The translations under genes were made by a program, and so were the position numbers. Source: Candidatus Multivoradales bacterium (GTDB taxonomy: Bacteria; Acidobacteriota; Thermoanaerobaculia; Multivoradales; JAHEKO01). Taken from it: a stretch of 64,000 bases of DNA. The notes under the pieces were generated by a model. The model saw only the letters and a program-made list of their open reading frames with translations. It did not search any database and was not told where the DNA came from. The stretch is from assembly GCA_965223855.1 (NCBI GenBank), contig CBDCXM010000009.1, forward strand, positions 640,001 to 704,000. The letters are read 5' to 3'. This document shows, piece after piece, positions 7,891 to 17,251 of this stretch (position 1 is the first letter of the stretch; each line of letters opens with the position of its first letter).

Positions 7891-8703
7891 TCACGACGAC
7901 CGCCTCACGAGGCGTGACCTGAGGAACTGGTGGTCGCGCGAGAACAGTCGCCGGTAGGCCAGGAGCGTCACCACGACGGTGCCCAGAGCGGTGGACGTTG
8001 CGATCAGGAACATGATCATCACCTGGTACTTGACCGCTTCGACCGGCGAGACGCCGGAGAGCAGTTGCCCGGTCATCATGCCGGGCAGGCTGACGATACC
8101 GACCACCATCATAGAGTTGGTGATCGGCACGAGGCCGGTGCGGGTCGCCGATCGAAGCGGCTCGGCTGCCGATTCCCACCGGGTAGCGCCGAGCGCCAGC
8201 AGACCATCGACCCTTTCGCGGCCGGTCGCCAGCTCCTCCCCGAGTCGCTCGAGTCCCAGGGAGACGCCGTTCAGCGAGTTGCCGAGCATCATGCCCAGCA
8301 GCGGGATGGCGTACTGCGGCAGGTACCACGGCTCCGGGCGCACGATCGCCGTCAACGCCAGCGCGGTGACCGCCCAGGACGACAGGGTCATCGCCAGCAG
8401 GCCGTCGAGCCACACTCCACGATAGCGGCGGCTGACGTTGCCGATCGCCGCCCGACCCGCCGCCAGCACCATCACCATCGCGATCCCCACAACCGCGTAC
8501 CAGCGATCGAGGCCGAAGACCCACTCGAGAACCAGTCCGACGAGCAGCAGCTGCACGATCGTGCGCACCGCCGCGATCAGAAGCCGGCGCTCGATGCCGA
8601 GTCGCAGCGCCATCGACAGGCCGGCGTTGAGGAGAATCAAAGCCGCGGCCAGGCCGAGCCGGCCGTACGAGAGCTCCAGATAGGAGGCCGAGGCGGCGTT
8701 CAC
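7891..8703 (-). CDS. fetB: FetB/YbbM-like ABC transporter permease (UPF0014)
   Basis: RTIVQLLLVGLVL, IPLLGMMLGNSLN and GIVSLPGMMTGQLLSG.SPVEAVKYQ motifs. GTG start overlaps the ATPase stop. Confidence 0.85.
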   Translation of the reverse strand: MNAASASYLELSYGRLGLAAALILLNAGLSMALRLGIERRLLIAAVRTIVQLLLVGLVLEWVFGLDRWYAVVGIAMVMVLAAGRAAIGNVSRRYRGVWLDGLLAMTLSSWAVTALALTAIVRPEPWYLPQYAIPLLGMMLGNSLNGVSLGLERLGEELATGRERVDGLLALGATRWESAAEPLRSATRTGLVPITNSMMVVGIVSLPGMMTGQLLSGVSPVEAVKYQVMIMFLIATSTALGTVVVTLLAYRRLFSRDHQFLRSRLVRRSS

Positions 8704-9395
8704 GGCTCGAGACCTCCCCCGTCGATCCTCAATCTCCGGTCGCACAGGCGCTCGAGCTGAGCCGGGTCGTGGCTGACCCAGATCCAGGCGCGCCCCGGGC
8801 CATCGGTGATCCAGCTCTCGAGGTGATCCTCGACCCGCCCGCGGGTCTCCGGGTCCATCGCCGCCGTCGGCTCGTCGAGCAGCAGCACCTCGGGATCGAC
8901 CAGCAACGTGCGCACGAGCGCCAGGAGCTGGCCCTCGCCGCCGGAGAGGTGCGTCCCATCCACGTCGAGGAAGCGCTCCTCGCGACCGAGCGCCGCCACC
9001 ATCGCCGCCGCCCGGGCTCGATCGAAGAATGCGCCCTGCGCCGTGGCGAGCCGCCAAGGATCCTCGAGCTGCTCGACCACCGGCCGGTCGTCGAGCATCG
9101 GTCGCTGGGGGAGGTAGGCGACCCGGCGGCGGAAGGCGGGCAGCAGGTCGCCCGACACCGATCGACCTTGCCACTCGATCCGGCCCGCGGTCAGCGGATC
9201 GAGCTGCACCAGCGCGCGCAGGAGCACCGACTTGCCGGAGCCGGACGGCCCTTCGAGAGCCACGCGGTCTCCCCCCCTGAGGGCCAGATCGGTCGGCAGG
9301 AGCAACCGTTCGCCGGCATCCCCTCGTCGTTCGATCGCCGTCGCTTCGAGCACAGCCGGATTGTCCCCCAGCCGCACCGTGTCTGCCATCGCCAC
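8700..9395 (-). CDS. FetA/YbbL-like ABC ATP-binding protein
   Basis: Walker A GPSGSGKS, LSGGE signature, Walker B LLLDEPT and SHD switch. Confidence 0.88.
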   Translation of the reverse strand: MAMADTVRLGDNPAVLEATAIERRGDAGERLLLPTDLALRGGDRVALEGPSGSGKSVLLRALVQLDPLTAGRIEWQGRSVSGDLLPAFRRRVAYLPQRPMLDDRPVVEQLEDPWRLATAQGAFFDRARAAAMVAALGREERFLDVDGTHLSGGEGQLLALVRTLLVDPEVLLLDEPTAAMDPETRGRVEDHLESWITDGPGRAWIWVSHDPAQLERLCDRRLRIDGGGLEP

Positions 9396-9464
9396 GGAAC
9401 CGCGACGCGCCCGGCGGTATTCTCAGGAGACCGCTCCCCTCGCCGACACTCTTTTCGAGCGCCG

Positions 9465-11126
9465 ATGCCGACGCCACGATCTCCGACCGCCCGTGCGCTC
9501 CGGCGCGACTCGAAGTGGCTCGTGGTCGCAGCGATGATCTTTCTCGGTGTCGGGCTCGGCGCGCGCGACTTGTGGAACCCGAACGAGCCGACCTACGGCC
9601 GCATCGTCGTCGAGACCCTCGAGGGCGGCCACTGGATCGTCCCCCAGCTCAACGGCCGCGACTTCGTCGAGAAGCCGGTCCTCCTCTACTGGATGGCTGC
9701 CGGTGTCTCGCACCTTGCGGGCGGGGTCAGCGAGGTGACCGTGCGCCTGCCGGTGTGCCTCGCCGGCGTCGTCTCGACGGCACTGCTGTTCGTCGTCGTC
9801 GCCCTCTATGACGGTCGGCGGCGCGCCTGGTTGGCGGCCGCTTGTTTCGTCACTACCTACGCAGTCTGGTTCAACGCCCGCAACGCGCAGATGGACTCGT
9901 TCGTCCTGCTCGGCACCCTCGGCGCTGTGGTCCCGCTGGCGCTGCGGCTCGACGCCGAGCGTCTCGGCCTTCGACTCAGTGGCCGCTCGGCCTGGCTGGT
10001 CGCCGGCTGTGGTGCCGGCCTCGGGTTCGCCGGCAAGGGGCCGGTGTCGATCGTCGTGCCCGGCCTGATCCTTTCGGCCTATCTGGTCGCCCGCCGCCAG
10101 GATTGGCGGCGCCTGCTGCCGGGACTCGGATGGGGCTTCGCCGTCTTCCTCCTGCTGGCGACGCCGGCCTACCTGCTGCTGTGGCTCGACGGCCGGAGCG
10201 ACGCGCTCCACGAGATGCTCCTGCGTCAGAACTTCTCGCGCTTCGTCGATGCGTGGGACCACGACCAGCCGTGGTGGTACTACCTGAAGTACCACTGGAT
10301 GACCTTCGTACCGTGGTCGTGGCTGGTGCCGGCAGCGATCGTCGACGGCTGGAGCCGCCGGCGCCGAGGCGAGCTGAGGCCGGGGGAGCGCCTCACCTGG
10401 CTGTGGTGGCTCGTCCCGCTGCTGTTCTTCTCGCTCTCGGACAGCAAGCGCGAGCCGTACATGCTGCCTGCAGCGCCGGCGATCGCCTGGCTCGCCGCCG
10501 GAGTCACGGAGAGGCTCGTCGCCGGCTGTCTCGGCCGGTGGTCGAGGATGCTGCTCCTGACGGCGGTGGCGAGCCTCGGTCTGTTGCTGACCCTCGCCGC
10601 GCTCGCTCTGCCGCAGATCGCCCAACGCATGGAGCTGCCGGCCGGACTGTCGGTGCCGCTGAGCTCGACCGTGATCGCCTTTCTCGGCGGCATCGTGCTG
10701 TTCCCGCTCCTCCAGCACCGCACCCGCCGCTTCGCGCCCATCGCCCTCGCCGGCGCGTTTGCCGGGCTCTACCTGCTGATCGCCCTTCATCTTCATACGG
10801 CGGTCGATCCCGTGAAGTCGTCGCGCGAGCTCGCCGAGCGGCTGCGCCGCGAACTGCCGCGGGGAGCGGTACTCACCAGCTACCTGCCGCTCAACGGCCA
10901 TGTCCGCGGCGGCTATGCGTTCTACCTCGAGAGATCGATCCCGAACGCCGTGACGGTCGCCGAGCTGGAGTCCCATTGGGGCGCCTCTCCGCTCGCCTGC
11001 GTGCTGTGGGACGAGGCCGAGCACGACGACTTCATCGCGGCCCTTCCCGGGAGCGAGCGCCGGATCGATCACGTGGAGGGCAGCCGGAAGGTGCGCGTCG
11101 CGTGCAAAGGCGAGGCTCGGAGTTGA
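9465..11126 (+). CDS. ArnT/PMT-family (GT-C) glycosyltransferase
   Basis: LWNPNEPTY, EKPVLLYW, GKGP, HDQPWWYY, SKREPYMLP motifs and many TM helices. Start uncertain. Confidence 0.85.
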   Translation: MPTPRSPTARALRRDSKWLVVAAMIFLGVGLGARDLWNPNEPTYGRIVVETLEGGHWIVPQLNGRDFVEKPVLLYWMAAGVSHLAGGVSEVTVRLPVCLAGVVSTALLFVVVALYDGRRRAWLAAACFVTTYAVWFNARNAQMDSFVLLGTLGAVVPLALRLDAERLGLRLSGRSAWLVAGCGAGLGFAGKGPVSIVVPGLILSAYLVARRQDWRRLLPGLGWGFAVFLLLATPAYLLLWLDGRSDALHEMLLRQNFSRFVDAWDHDQPWWYYLKYHWMTFVPWSWLVPAAIVDGWSRRRRGELRPGERLTWLWWLVPLLFFSLSDSKREPYMLPAAPAIAWLAAGVTERLVAGCLGRWSRMLLLTAVASLGLLLTLAALALPQIAQRMELPAGLSVPLSSTVIAFLGGIVLFPLLQHRTRRFAPIALAGAFAGLYLLIALHLHTAVDPVKSSRELAERLRRELPRGAVLTSYLPLNGHVRGGYAFYLERSIPNAVTVAELESHWGASPLACVLWDEAEHDDFIAALPGSERRIDHVEGSRKVRVACKGEARS

Positions 11127-11845
11127 GCTTGGCGCCGGAGGTCTCGGTCGTAGAGGTCTCGGTCGTAGTGCCGGCCCTCAACGAGGCACACACCATCGCC
11201 GCCTCCCTCGAGCGGATCTCCCGCTACCTCGGTGCTCGCCCGGGCGGCTACGAGGTGCTCGTCGTCGACGACGGCTCGACGGATGCCACAGCCGAGCTGG
11301 TCGCGGCCCACGACGACCGGGCCGCCCGGCTCCTGCGGCAGCCTGGGAACCGTGGCAAGGGTGCAGCGCTGCGCCGCGGCGTCGCGGACTCGGTCGGCCG
11401 GCGGGTCCTGCTGTGCGACGCCGATCTCTCGACGCCGATTCGCGAACTCGAGCGTCTCGAGCCGAGTCTCGAAGAGGCAGGCCTCGTCCTCGGCAGTCGG
11501 CGGCTGCCCGACTCCCGGCTCGAGCGCAAGCTCGCACGCCGGGCGGCGAGCTGGATGTTCAACTCCGCCGTCCACCTGATGGGACTTTGCCGTGGGGTAC
11601 GCGACACGCAGTGCGGCTTCAAGCTGCTCGACGGCGAGGCGGCGCGCGGCCTCTTTCCCCGACTCACCCTCGACGGCTTCGCCTTCGATCTCGAGCTGAT
11701 CGAGCTCGCCCGGCGCGAGGGGGTCGGCGTCGTCGAGGTCGGCGTCAAGTGGAACGACACCGCCGAGTCGACCGTCCGGCCGCTGCGCGACGGCGCGGCG
11801 ATGCTGCGCGATGCCCTCGCGGTGCGACGGCGACTCAGGAGCTGA
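11123..11845 (+). CDS. GT2 polyprenyl-phosphate glycosyltransferase (Dol-P-Glc synthase-like)
   Basis: SVVVPALNE, VVDDGSTD, NRGKGAA, DADLS, DTQCGFKL and FAFDLE motifs. TTG start overlaps the previous stop. Confidence 0.88.
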   Translation: MSLAPEVSVVEVSVVVPALNEAHTIAASLERISRYLGARPGGYEVLVVDDGSTDATAELVAAHDDRAARLLRQPGNRGKGAALRRGVADSVGRRVLLCDADLSTPIRELERLEPSLEEAGLVLGSRRLPDSRLERKLARRAASWMFNSAVHLMGLCRGVRDTQCGFKLLDGEAARGLFPRLTLDGFAFDLELIELARREGVGVVEVGVKWNDTAESTVRPLRDGAAMLRDALAVRRRLRS

Positions 11846-12410
11846 GTGCGCCGACGAAGGCGTCGGTGTCGTCGGCGACCGCCTCCGCCACCAGTCGGTC
11901 GAGCTTGCCCGCGAGATCGATCACCGTCAGCTCCCAGGCATCGAGCTCGACGATGTAGAGGTTCCTGATCGAGCCGTCTTCGTCGTGCCTGAGGTAGATC
12001 CAGGTCTGCGAATCGAGCTCACGGGTGCGCACCATCGCCGACCAACCCTGCGCCTCGAGCGCCTTCTCCAGCTGGGCCGGGATCCGCAACTCGTCGATGC
12101 CGGGACCGGCCGGGCCGGTCTCCGCGGTGTCGGGCGTAACGACCTCGTAGCTGGCGATATCCACCCGTCGGACTCGCGACAGGGCTCGCCGCGTCTCGCG
12201 GTCGTCCGCCGCGACCAGCTTCATGGCGCCCCTGGCGAGCGCGAAGGTGAAGCGGCCGAGCCGGACCCGCGACTCGCGACGCAGCTCAGTGCCGGGGATC
12301 GATCGCTCCACATAGCGGGCAACCGCGTCGGCGCTCGGCGGCTTGCTGCCGTCGCAGGCGACCAAAAAGAGAGTCGCGAGGACGACGGCAGAAGTGGCGA
12401 AGCGCTTCAC
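11835..12410 (-). CDS. DUF4252-like lipoprotein
   Basis: Lipobox-like LVAC, GWSAMVRTRE motif and LTVIDLAGKL tail. GTG start at 12410. Confidence 0.65.
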   Translation of the reverse strand: MKRFATSAVVLATLFLVACDGSKPPSADAVARYVERSIPGTELRRESRVRLGRFTFALARGAMKLVAADDRETRRALSRVRRVDIASYEVVTPDTAETGPAGPGIDELRIPAQLEKALEAQGWSAMVRTRELDSQTWIYLRHDEDGSIRNLYIVELDAWELTVIDLAGKLDRLVAEAVADDTDAFVGALSS

Positions 12411-12991
12411 GGCTCGATCTCCTCGAGTGGCGGCAGGTCTTCGAGACGATCGATGTCGACACCGTTGATATCGAAGCCCTCGATCAGCCGGGCGATCGTC
12501 TTCGGGTCGATGCGCCCGATCAGATTGACGACCGTCGCTTCGTTCTCCTCGAGGGCCAGCACCGTCAACCCCATCAGGGCGTCGTCCGCCGGCCGCGCAA
12601 ACACCCGCACCTCGGAGCCCGGCTCGCTGACGCGAACCATCGCCACCCACCCGTTGGCACCGAGCCATTCGCTACCGGCGTCGAAGCGCTCCCGCACTTC
12701 GTCGAGCCGCGCGGGCGAGAGCTCGCCACTGCGCACCCGCACCTCCTCGAGGTCGCCCACCAGGGCGGCGAACTCCGGTTCCGCGTCGCCGACGAAGGCC
12801 GACACCATGTTGAGCATGGCGCCGAAGAGGTTGATCTCGATGCTGACCTCGTCGCCGTCGAACAGTTCGAGGTATTCGGCCGGAAAGCTGCCGACGTGGC
12901 CCTCCGCCTGCGAGCGAGCGGCCGGCGCCGCGGCGAGCGAGAGGCCGAGCCATGCCGCTGCCCAGGCGATTCTCGGGAATCGTTTCGTCAC
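12407..12991 (-). CDS. DUF4252-like secreted protein
   Basis: Signal peptide, GWVAMVRVSE and ATVVNLIGRIDP motifs. AAGGAG RBS before GTG. Confidence 0.7.
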   Translation of the reverse strand: MTKRFPRIAWAAAWLGLSLAAAPAARSQAEGHVGSFPAEYLELFDGDEVSIEINLFGAMLNMVSAFVGDAEPEFAALVGDLEEVRVRSGELSPARLDEVRERFDAGSEWLGANGWVAMVRVSEPGSEVRVFARPADDALMGLTVLALEENEATVVNLIGRIDPKTIARLIEGFDINGVDIDRLEDLPPLEEIEP

Positions 12992-12992
12992 T

Positions 12993-13610
12993 TCAACTCT
13001 CCTTCGTGCTGTTGGGCTGCGTGCGGTTGGGCTGCGTGGAGTTGGGGATGGCGCCGGTACGGCCGAAGCCGAGCGACCGATCGAGTCTTCGCAGCGCCGG
13101 GCCGACGAGCTCCGACGGATCGAGTTCGCGTCGCACGTCGTCTCCGGCGCGCTGCGACAGACGCGCAACGATGGCGAGCGCCTGGCGCATGTCGCGCTCG
13201 GCCGCCAGCAGCTCGGCACTGGGAGCGGCCGTACGAGGACCCGTCGCCACGACTTCGGGCGTGCTCGACGCATCCGTTTCCGGACCGCGAACGGTCGCGA
13301 ACCACGTCGACAGACCGAGAGCCACCAGAAGCGCGGCGGCGAGGCGGGGAAGCCACGTCACGGACTTGCGCTGCGACTCGCTTCGCGGCAACTCCCGCAG
13401 CCGTCGCGAGAGGTCGGCCGGCGGTTCGAACTGCGGTAGTGCGGCAAGCTCGTCGCGGATCCGTGCCGCCAGCCGAGCCTGCGCCTCGCACGACGAACAG
13501 CCGGCGAGGTGGCGGGCGAGGCTCTCCGCCTCCGCCGCCTCCATCAGGCCATCCGCCCACGCTTCGAGTCGCGGCTCGACCTCGGAGCAGTGCACCGCGC
13601 GCTCACTCAT
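12993..13610 (-). CDS. zf-HC2 anti-sigma factor
   Basis: HLAGCSSC motif and one TM helix. Overlaps the sigma gene. Confidence 0.85.
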   Translation of the reverse strand: MSERAVHCSEVEPRLEAWADGLMEAAEAESLARHLAGCSSCEAQARLAARIRDELAALPQFEPPADLSRRLRELPRSESQRKSVTWLPRLAAALLVALGLSTWFATVRGPETDASSTPEVVATGPRTAAPSAELLAAERDMRQALAIVARLSQRAGDDVRRELDPSELVGPALRRLDRSLGFGRTGAIPNSTQPNRTQPNSTKES

Positions 13611-14118
13611 CGCCGTAGACCTTCGACAGTTCCTCCCGCAGCCGTTTGCGGCCACGGTGCAGATAGACCCGCACGCTGTTGAGCGGTACCTCGAGCGCCG
13701 CGGCGATGTCCGCGTAGGGGTAGCCGAGCACCTCGCGCAGCACCAGAGCGCTGCGGGTCGGTTCGGTCAGTCGCGCGAGGGCCGCCTGAAGCCGCCCCCG
13801 GAACTCGGTCGCCTCCGCCTCGTCGCTCGGCCCCGGCTCCCGGGCCTCGAACAGATCGGGGTCGCCGTCGCCGGTCGGCGCCACGTACTGTGCCGCCGTC
13901 CGCCGGCGGCGCAGCCGGTCGTAGCAGAGGTTGCGGGTCACCCTCGTGAGCCACGCCTCGACCCGCGGCAGATCGATCGACGACCAGTTGCGCCACAGCC
14001 GCAGGAACGCCTCCTGAGTGACGTCCTGCGCGGCCGCCAGATCGCCCAGCAGGTGACAGGCGTAGCTGTAGACGCGCTTCTCGCAAGCGTCGACTACCTC
14101 CTCGAACTGTCGTGACAT
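13603..14118 (-). CDS. ECF RNA polymerase sigma factor
   Basis: DVTQEAFLRLW, WLTRVTRNLCYD and YADIAAALEVPLNSVRVYLHRGR. Confidence 0.92.
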   Translation of the reverse strand: MSRQFEEVVDACEKRVYSYACHLLGDLAAAQDVTQEAFLRLWRNWSSIDLPRVEAWLTRVTRNLCYDRLRRRRTAAQYVAPTGDGDPDLFEAREPGPSDEAEATEFRGRLQAALARLTEPTRSALVLREVLGYPYADIAAALEVPLNSVRVYLHRGRKRLREELSKVYGDE

Positions 14119-14130
14119 CCAGCCGTGCCA

Positions 14131-14823
14131 TCACTCGAGAACGACCCTGGCGTCTCCGATTCTCAGGCCGACGCGGATCGACGACTCGCCGACGCCCTCT
14201 TCCCAGCGAACCCGAGCGCCGATCAGCCGCTTGCGGCGGGTGTGCGCTCGGGCGCGCCCGCTGACGGTGGCGTCACCGATGCCGGTCTTCGCAGCCACGG
14301 CACCGAACAGCTCGTACGGCGCGTGCACCGTGAGGTCGCCGATCCCCATCGCCACGGCGAGGTCGCGATCGGGAGCGACGATGTCGACGTCGCCGATGCC
14401 GATGCGCGCCTCGAGCGGCGCCCACCGGGGAACGATCACCTCGCCCTCGAGCTGGAGCTTGCGCAACTTCCACTTCGGCAGCCCGACGAGTCGAACCTCA
14501 ACCACCCCGTCACGCACCTCTCCCTCGAGCCGCAGTCGCGAACGATACCGCTCACACAGGCGTTCGGAGAGCTTGCGGCAGGTGATGTCGAGCGTCGTCT
14601 CGACCGCAAAGACGTCGCGCGCCTCGATGCGGAGTGAGCCGACCGGAAAACGGACACGGACGGATTGCCCCCGCTCCACCGGTTGCAGGAACGGCGCCGA
14701 GGCTTCGACGTCGACGACGTCGCGGAAGGTCAGGCCTGGCGCCGTCTCGGGCGCCGTCTCGGCCGTGCACAGCGTCGCCGCGACGGTCAGGGTGAGGACT
14801 GTCAGGATCGTTCGTGCCTTCAT
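14131..14823 (-). CDS. Secreted beta-solenoid (DUF4097/adhesin-like) protein
   Basis: Signal peptide, repeated IGIGDV/MGIGDL/TGIGDA/LRIGDA turns, and GGAGGAG RBS. Confidence 0.65.
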   Translation of the reverse strand: MKARTILTVLTLTVAATLCTAETAPETAPGLTFRDVVDVEASAPFLQPVERGQSVRVRFPVGSLRIEARDVFAVETTLDITCRKLSERLCERYRSRLRLEGEVRDGVVEVRLVGLPKWKLRKLQLEGEVIVPRWAPLEARIGIGDVDIVAPDRDLAVAMGIGDLTVHAPYELFGAVAAKTGIGDATVSGRARAHTRRKRLIGARVRWEEGVGESSIRVGLRIGDARVVLE

Positions 14824-14842
14824 CGTCTCCTCCGGTGTGGCA

Positions 14843-14869
14843 TACGGCGACCGCCCCTCGGGAGTTACA
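14843..14869 (-). promoter_or_regulatory. Probable ECF-type promoter TGTAAC-N17-CGTA
   Basis: AAC/CGT core typical of ECF promoters, just upstream of the first gene of the second ECF cassette. Confidence 0.5.
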
Positions 14870-14914
14870 ACTGTTTCGGCACCGTCTTCGACCCGGCTGT
14901 GGCATCGTTGGGCC

Positions 14915-16219
14915 ATGATCCATCGTCTCCCTGCAGCAGCGCTCCTTCTCTGTGCCACCCTCCTGACCGCGTTCCCCGCCGGCGCCGAGCTCTCACCCGC
15001 CGAAGAAGCGCTCGTCGACGCTATCGCGAGCCGCGAAGCGGCGGCTCTCGAGCTGCTGGAGACGAGCGTCAACATCAACAGCGGGACGCTCCACTTCGAC
15101 GGCGTTCGTGCCGTCGGCGAGCTGTTTGCGGCACCCTTCGAGGCACTCGGCTTCGAGACGCGCTGGATCGACGGCGCACCGTTCGGGCGTGCCGGTCACC
15201 TGATCGCCGAGCGGCCCGGGGCCGGCCCGACGGTGCTGCTCATCGGGCACCTCGACACCGTGTTCGAGCCCTCGAGCCCGTTCCAGCGCTACGAGCGCCT
15301 GCCCGGCAACGAAGCGAGCGGTCCGGGAGTCACGGACATGAAGGGCGGCAACGTCGTCATGCTGCTGGCACTCGAAGCGCTCGACACCGTCGGAGCCCTC
15401 GACGACCTCGATCTGCGGGTCGTCCTGACCGGCGACGAGGAGAAGAGCGGCCGGCCGCTCGAGCTCGCCCGGGCGCCCCTGATCGAGGCGGCCCGCGGCG
15501 CCGACTACGCGCTCGGCTTCGAGGACGGTGACAGCAATCCGGCCACCGCAGTGGTCGCGAGGCGCGGCTCGACCCAGTGGCAGCTGAAGGTGAGCGGCAC
15601 CGCCGCCCATTCGTCCCAGATCTTCCAGCCCGAGGTCGGGGCCGGTGCGATTCTCGGGACGGCGCACCTGCTCGACCTCTTCCGGCAGCGACTCGAGGCG
15701 TTCGATGACCTCACGTTCAGCCCGGGACGGATCGTCGGCGGCACCGACGTGACCGACGACCCGGCGCAGTCGAGCGGCACCGCGTTCGGCAAGAGCAACG
15801 TCGTCGCCGCGGCGGCGATCGTCACCGGCGACCTTCGCGCGCTGTCGCCGGAGCAGTACTCCGACGCGACCGAAGCGATGCGGGCGGCAACCGGGGAGGC
15901 GCTCCCGGGCACGCGCGCCGAGGTCGAGTTTTCGCCCGGCTATCCGCCGATGGCGGCGACCGAGGGAAACCGGGCGCTCCTGGGTCGCTTCGACGAGGCG
16001 AGCCGGGATCTCGGCCACGGTCCGGTGGCAGCCGTCGATCCAAGACGGGCAGGAGCCGCGGACATCTCGTTCGTCGCCTCGCTGGTGCCTCAGTGTCTCG
16101 ACGGCATCGGCCTCATGGGGCGGGGCGGGCACACGGTGGACGAGGTCGCCGACCTCGACACCCTGACGGTGCAGGCGGAACGCGCTGCCGTCCTCCTCTA
16201 CCGGCTCAGCCGCCGCTAG
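14915..16219 (+). CDS. M20/M25/M40 metallopeptidase (carboxypeptidase G2-like), secreted
   Basis: LIGHLDTV, GVTDMKGG, GDEE and GGHT motifs, plus a signal peptide. Confidence 0.9.
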   Translation: MIHRLPAAALLLCATLLTAFPAGAELSPAEEALVDAIASREAAALELLETSVNINSGTLHFDGVRAVGELFAAPFEALGFETRWIDGAPFGRAGHLIAERPGAGPTVLLIGHLDTVFEPSSPFQRYERLPGNEASGPGVTDMKGGNVVMLLALEALDTVGALDDLDLRVVLTGDEEKSGRPLELARAPLIEAARGADYALGFEDGDSNPATAVVARRGSTQWQLKVSGTAAHSSQIFQPEVGAGAILGTAHLLDLFRQRLEAFDDLTFSPGRIVGGTDVTDDPAQSSGTAFGKSNVVAAAAIVTGDLRALSPEQYSDATEAMRAATGEALPGTRAEVEFSPGYPPMAATEGNRALLGRFDEASRDLGHGPVAAVDPRRAGAADISFVASLVPQCLDGIGLMGRGGHTVDEVADLDTLTVQAERAAVLLYRLSRR

Positions 16220-16233
16220 CTGGCAAGGCCGGC

Positions 16234-16260
16234 GTGACAGTTGTCACCCGAAGTGGTGAC
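16234..16260 (+). promoter_or_regulatory. Putative NarL/DesR-family operator
   Basis: Palindrome GTGACA-GT-TGTCAC (16234-16247) plus a second GTGAC half-site 22 bp downstream, ahead of the ABC-TCS operon. Confidence 0.6.
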
Positions 16261-16318
16261 GAACGGCCCTGCCGCAGGGCGACGCCGGTGGGCACTCTAG
16301 GGTCGAAAGGAGCCCACC

Positions 16319-17251
16319 ATGTTCTCTTCGACTTCCACCAGGAGCCCTTCCCACGCCGCGGCGCTGACCGGAGCCGTCAAGCGATTCGGCGAGGTGACCG
16401 CGCTCGACAGCGTCGATCTCGTCCTGCGACGCGGCGAGGTGACCGCCCTGCTCGGCCCGAACGGTGCCGGCAAGACGACGGCGGTGCGCTCGCTGCTCGG
16501 ACTGTCCGCGCTCGACGAGGGGCGCGCCGAGATCTTCGGCGGCGATCCCGCCGATCTCTCGCGGCGCATCCGCACCGGCGCGATGATGCAAATCGCCAGC
16601 GTGCCGCCGACGTTGACGGTGCGTGAGCACGTGCGCCTGTTCTCCTCGTACTACCCCGCTCCGCTGCCGCTCGACGAGGTGCTCGCGGCAGCCGGTCTCG
16701 ACGAGTTCGCCGATCAGCACTACGGCAGGCTCTCCGGCGGACAGCAGCAGCGGTTGCTCTTCGCCCTGGCGGTGTGCGGCAATCCGGAGCTGCTGTTCCT
16801 CGACGAACCGACGGTCGGCCTCGACGTCACGCGGAGGCGCGCTTTCTGGGAGCACATCCGCACCCTCGTATCGACGGGACGCACGGTGCTCCTGACCACC
16901 CACTACCTCGAGGAGGCCGATGCCCTCGCCGACCGGATCGTCGTCATCGACCGCGGCCGGATCGTCGCAGACGGCACTCCGGACGAGATCAAGGCGCGAG
17001 CCGCCGCCCGGCGGGTCCGCTGCCGCACCTCGCTCGAGCCACCGACGATCGCCGCCTTCGCCGACGTGCAGAGGGTGCGGCGCGACGGTTCGGCGATCGA
17101 AGTCCTGACCTCTCACGCCGAAGCACTCGTACGCGAACTGCTCGCTCGCGACGCCGGCCTGACCGATCTCGAGGTGACGGGAGCCGGTCTCGAGGAAGCG
17201 TTCCTCTCCCTCACCGCATCGGTGCCCGAACTCGAAGAAGGAGCCGCCTGA
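16319..17251 (+). CDS. ABC-2 exporter ATP-binding protein (YvfR-like)
   Basis: GPNGAGKT, LSGGQ, FLDEPTVGLD and TTHYLEEA motifs. Confidence 0.92.
   Translation: MFSSTSTRSPSHAAALTGAVKRFGEVTALDSVDLVLRRGEVTALLGPNGAGKTTAVRSLLGLSALDEGRAEIFGGDPADLSRRIRTGAMMQIASVPPTLTVREHVRLFSSYYPAPLPLDEVLAAAGLDEFADQHYGRLSGGQQQRLLFALAVCGNPELLFLDEPTVGLDVTRRRAFWEHIRTLVSTGRTVLLTTHYLEEADALADRIVVIDRGRIVADGTPDEIKARAAARRVRCRTSLEPPTIAAFADVQRVRRDGSAIEVLTSHAEALVRELLARDAGLTDLEVTGAGLEEAFLSLTASVPELEEGAA

Noticed and set aside
9396-9420. GGAACC upstream of the ArnT-like gene as a second target of the ECF sigma
   Set aside because: No CGTC-like -10 element at 16-17 bp spacing; too weak to call.
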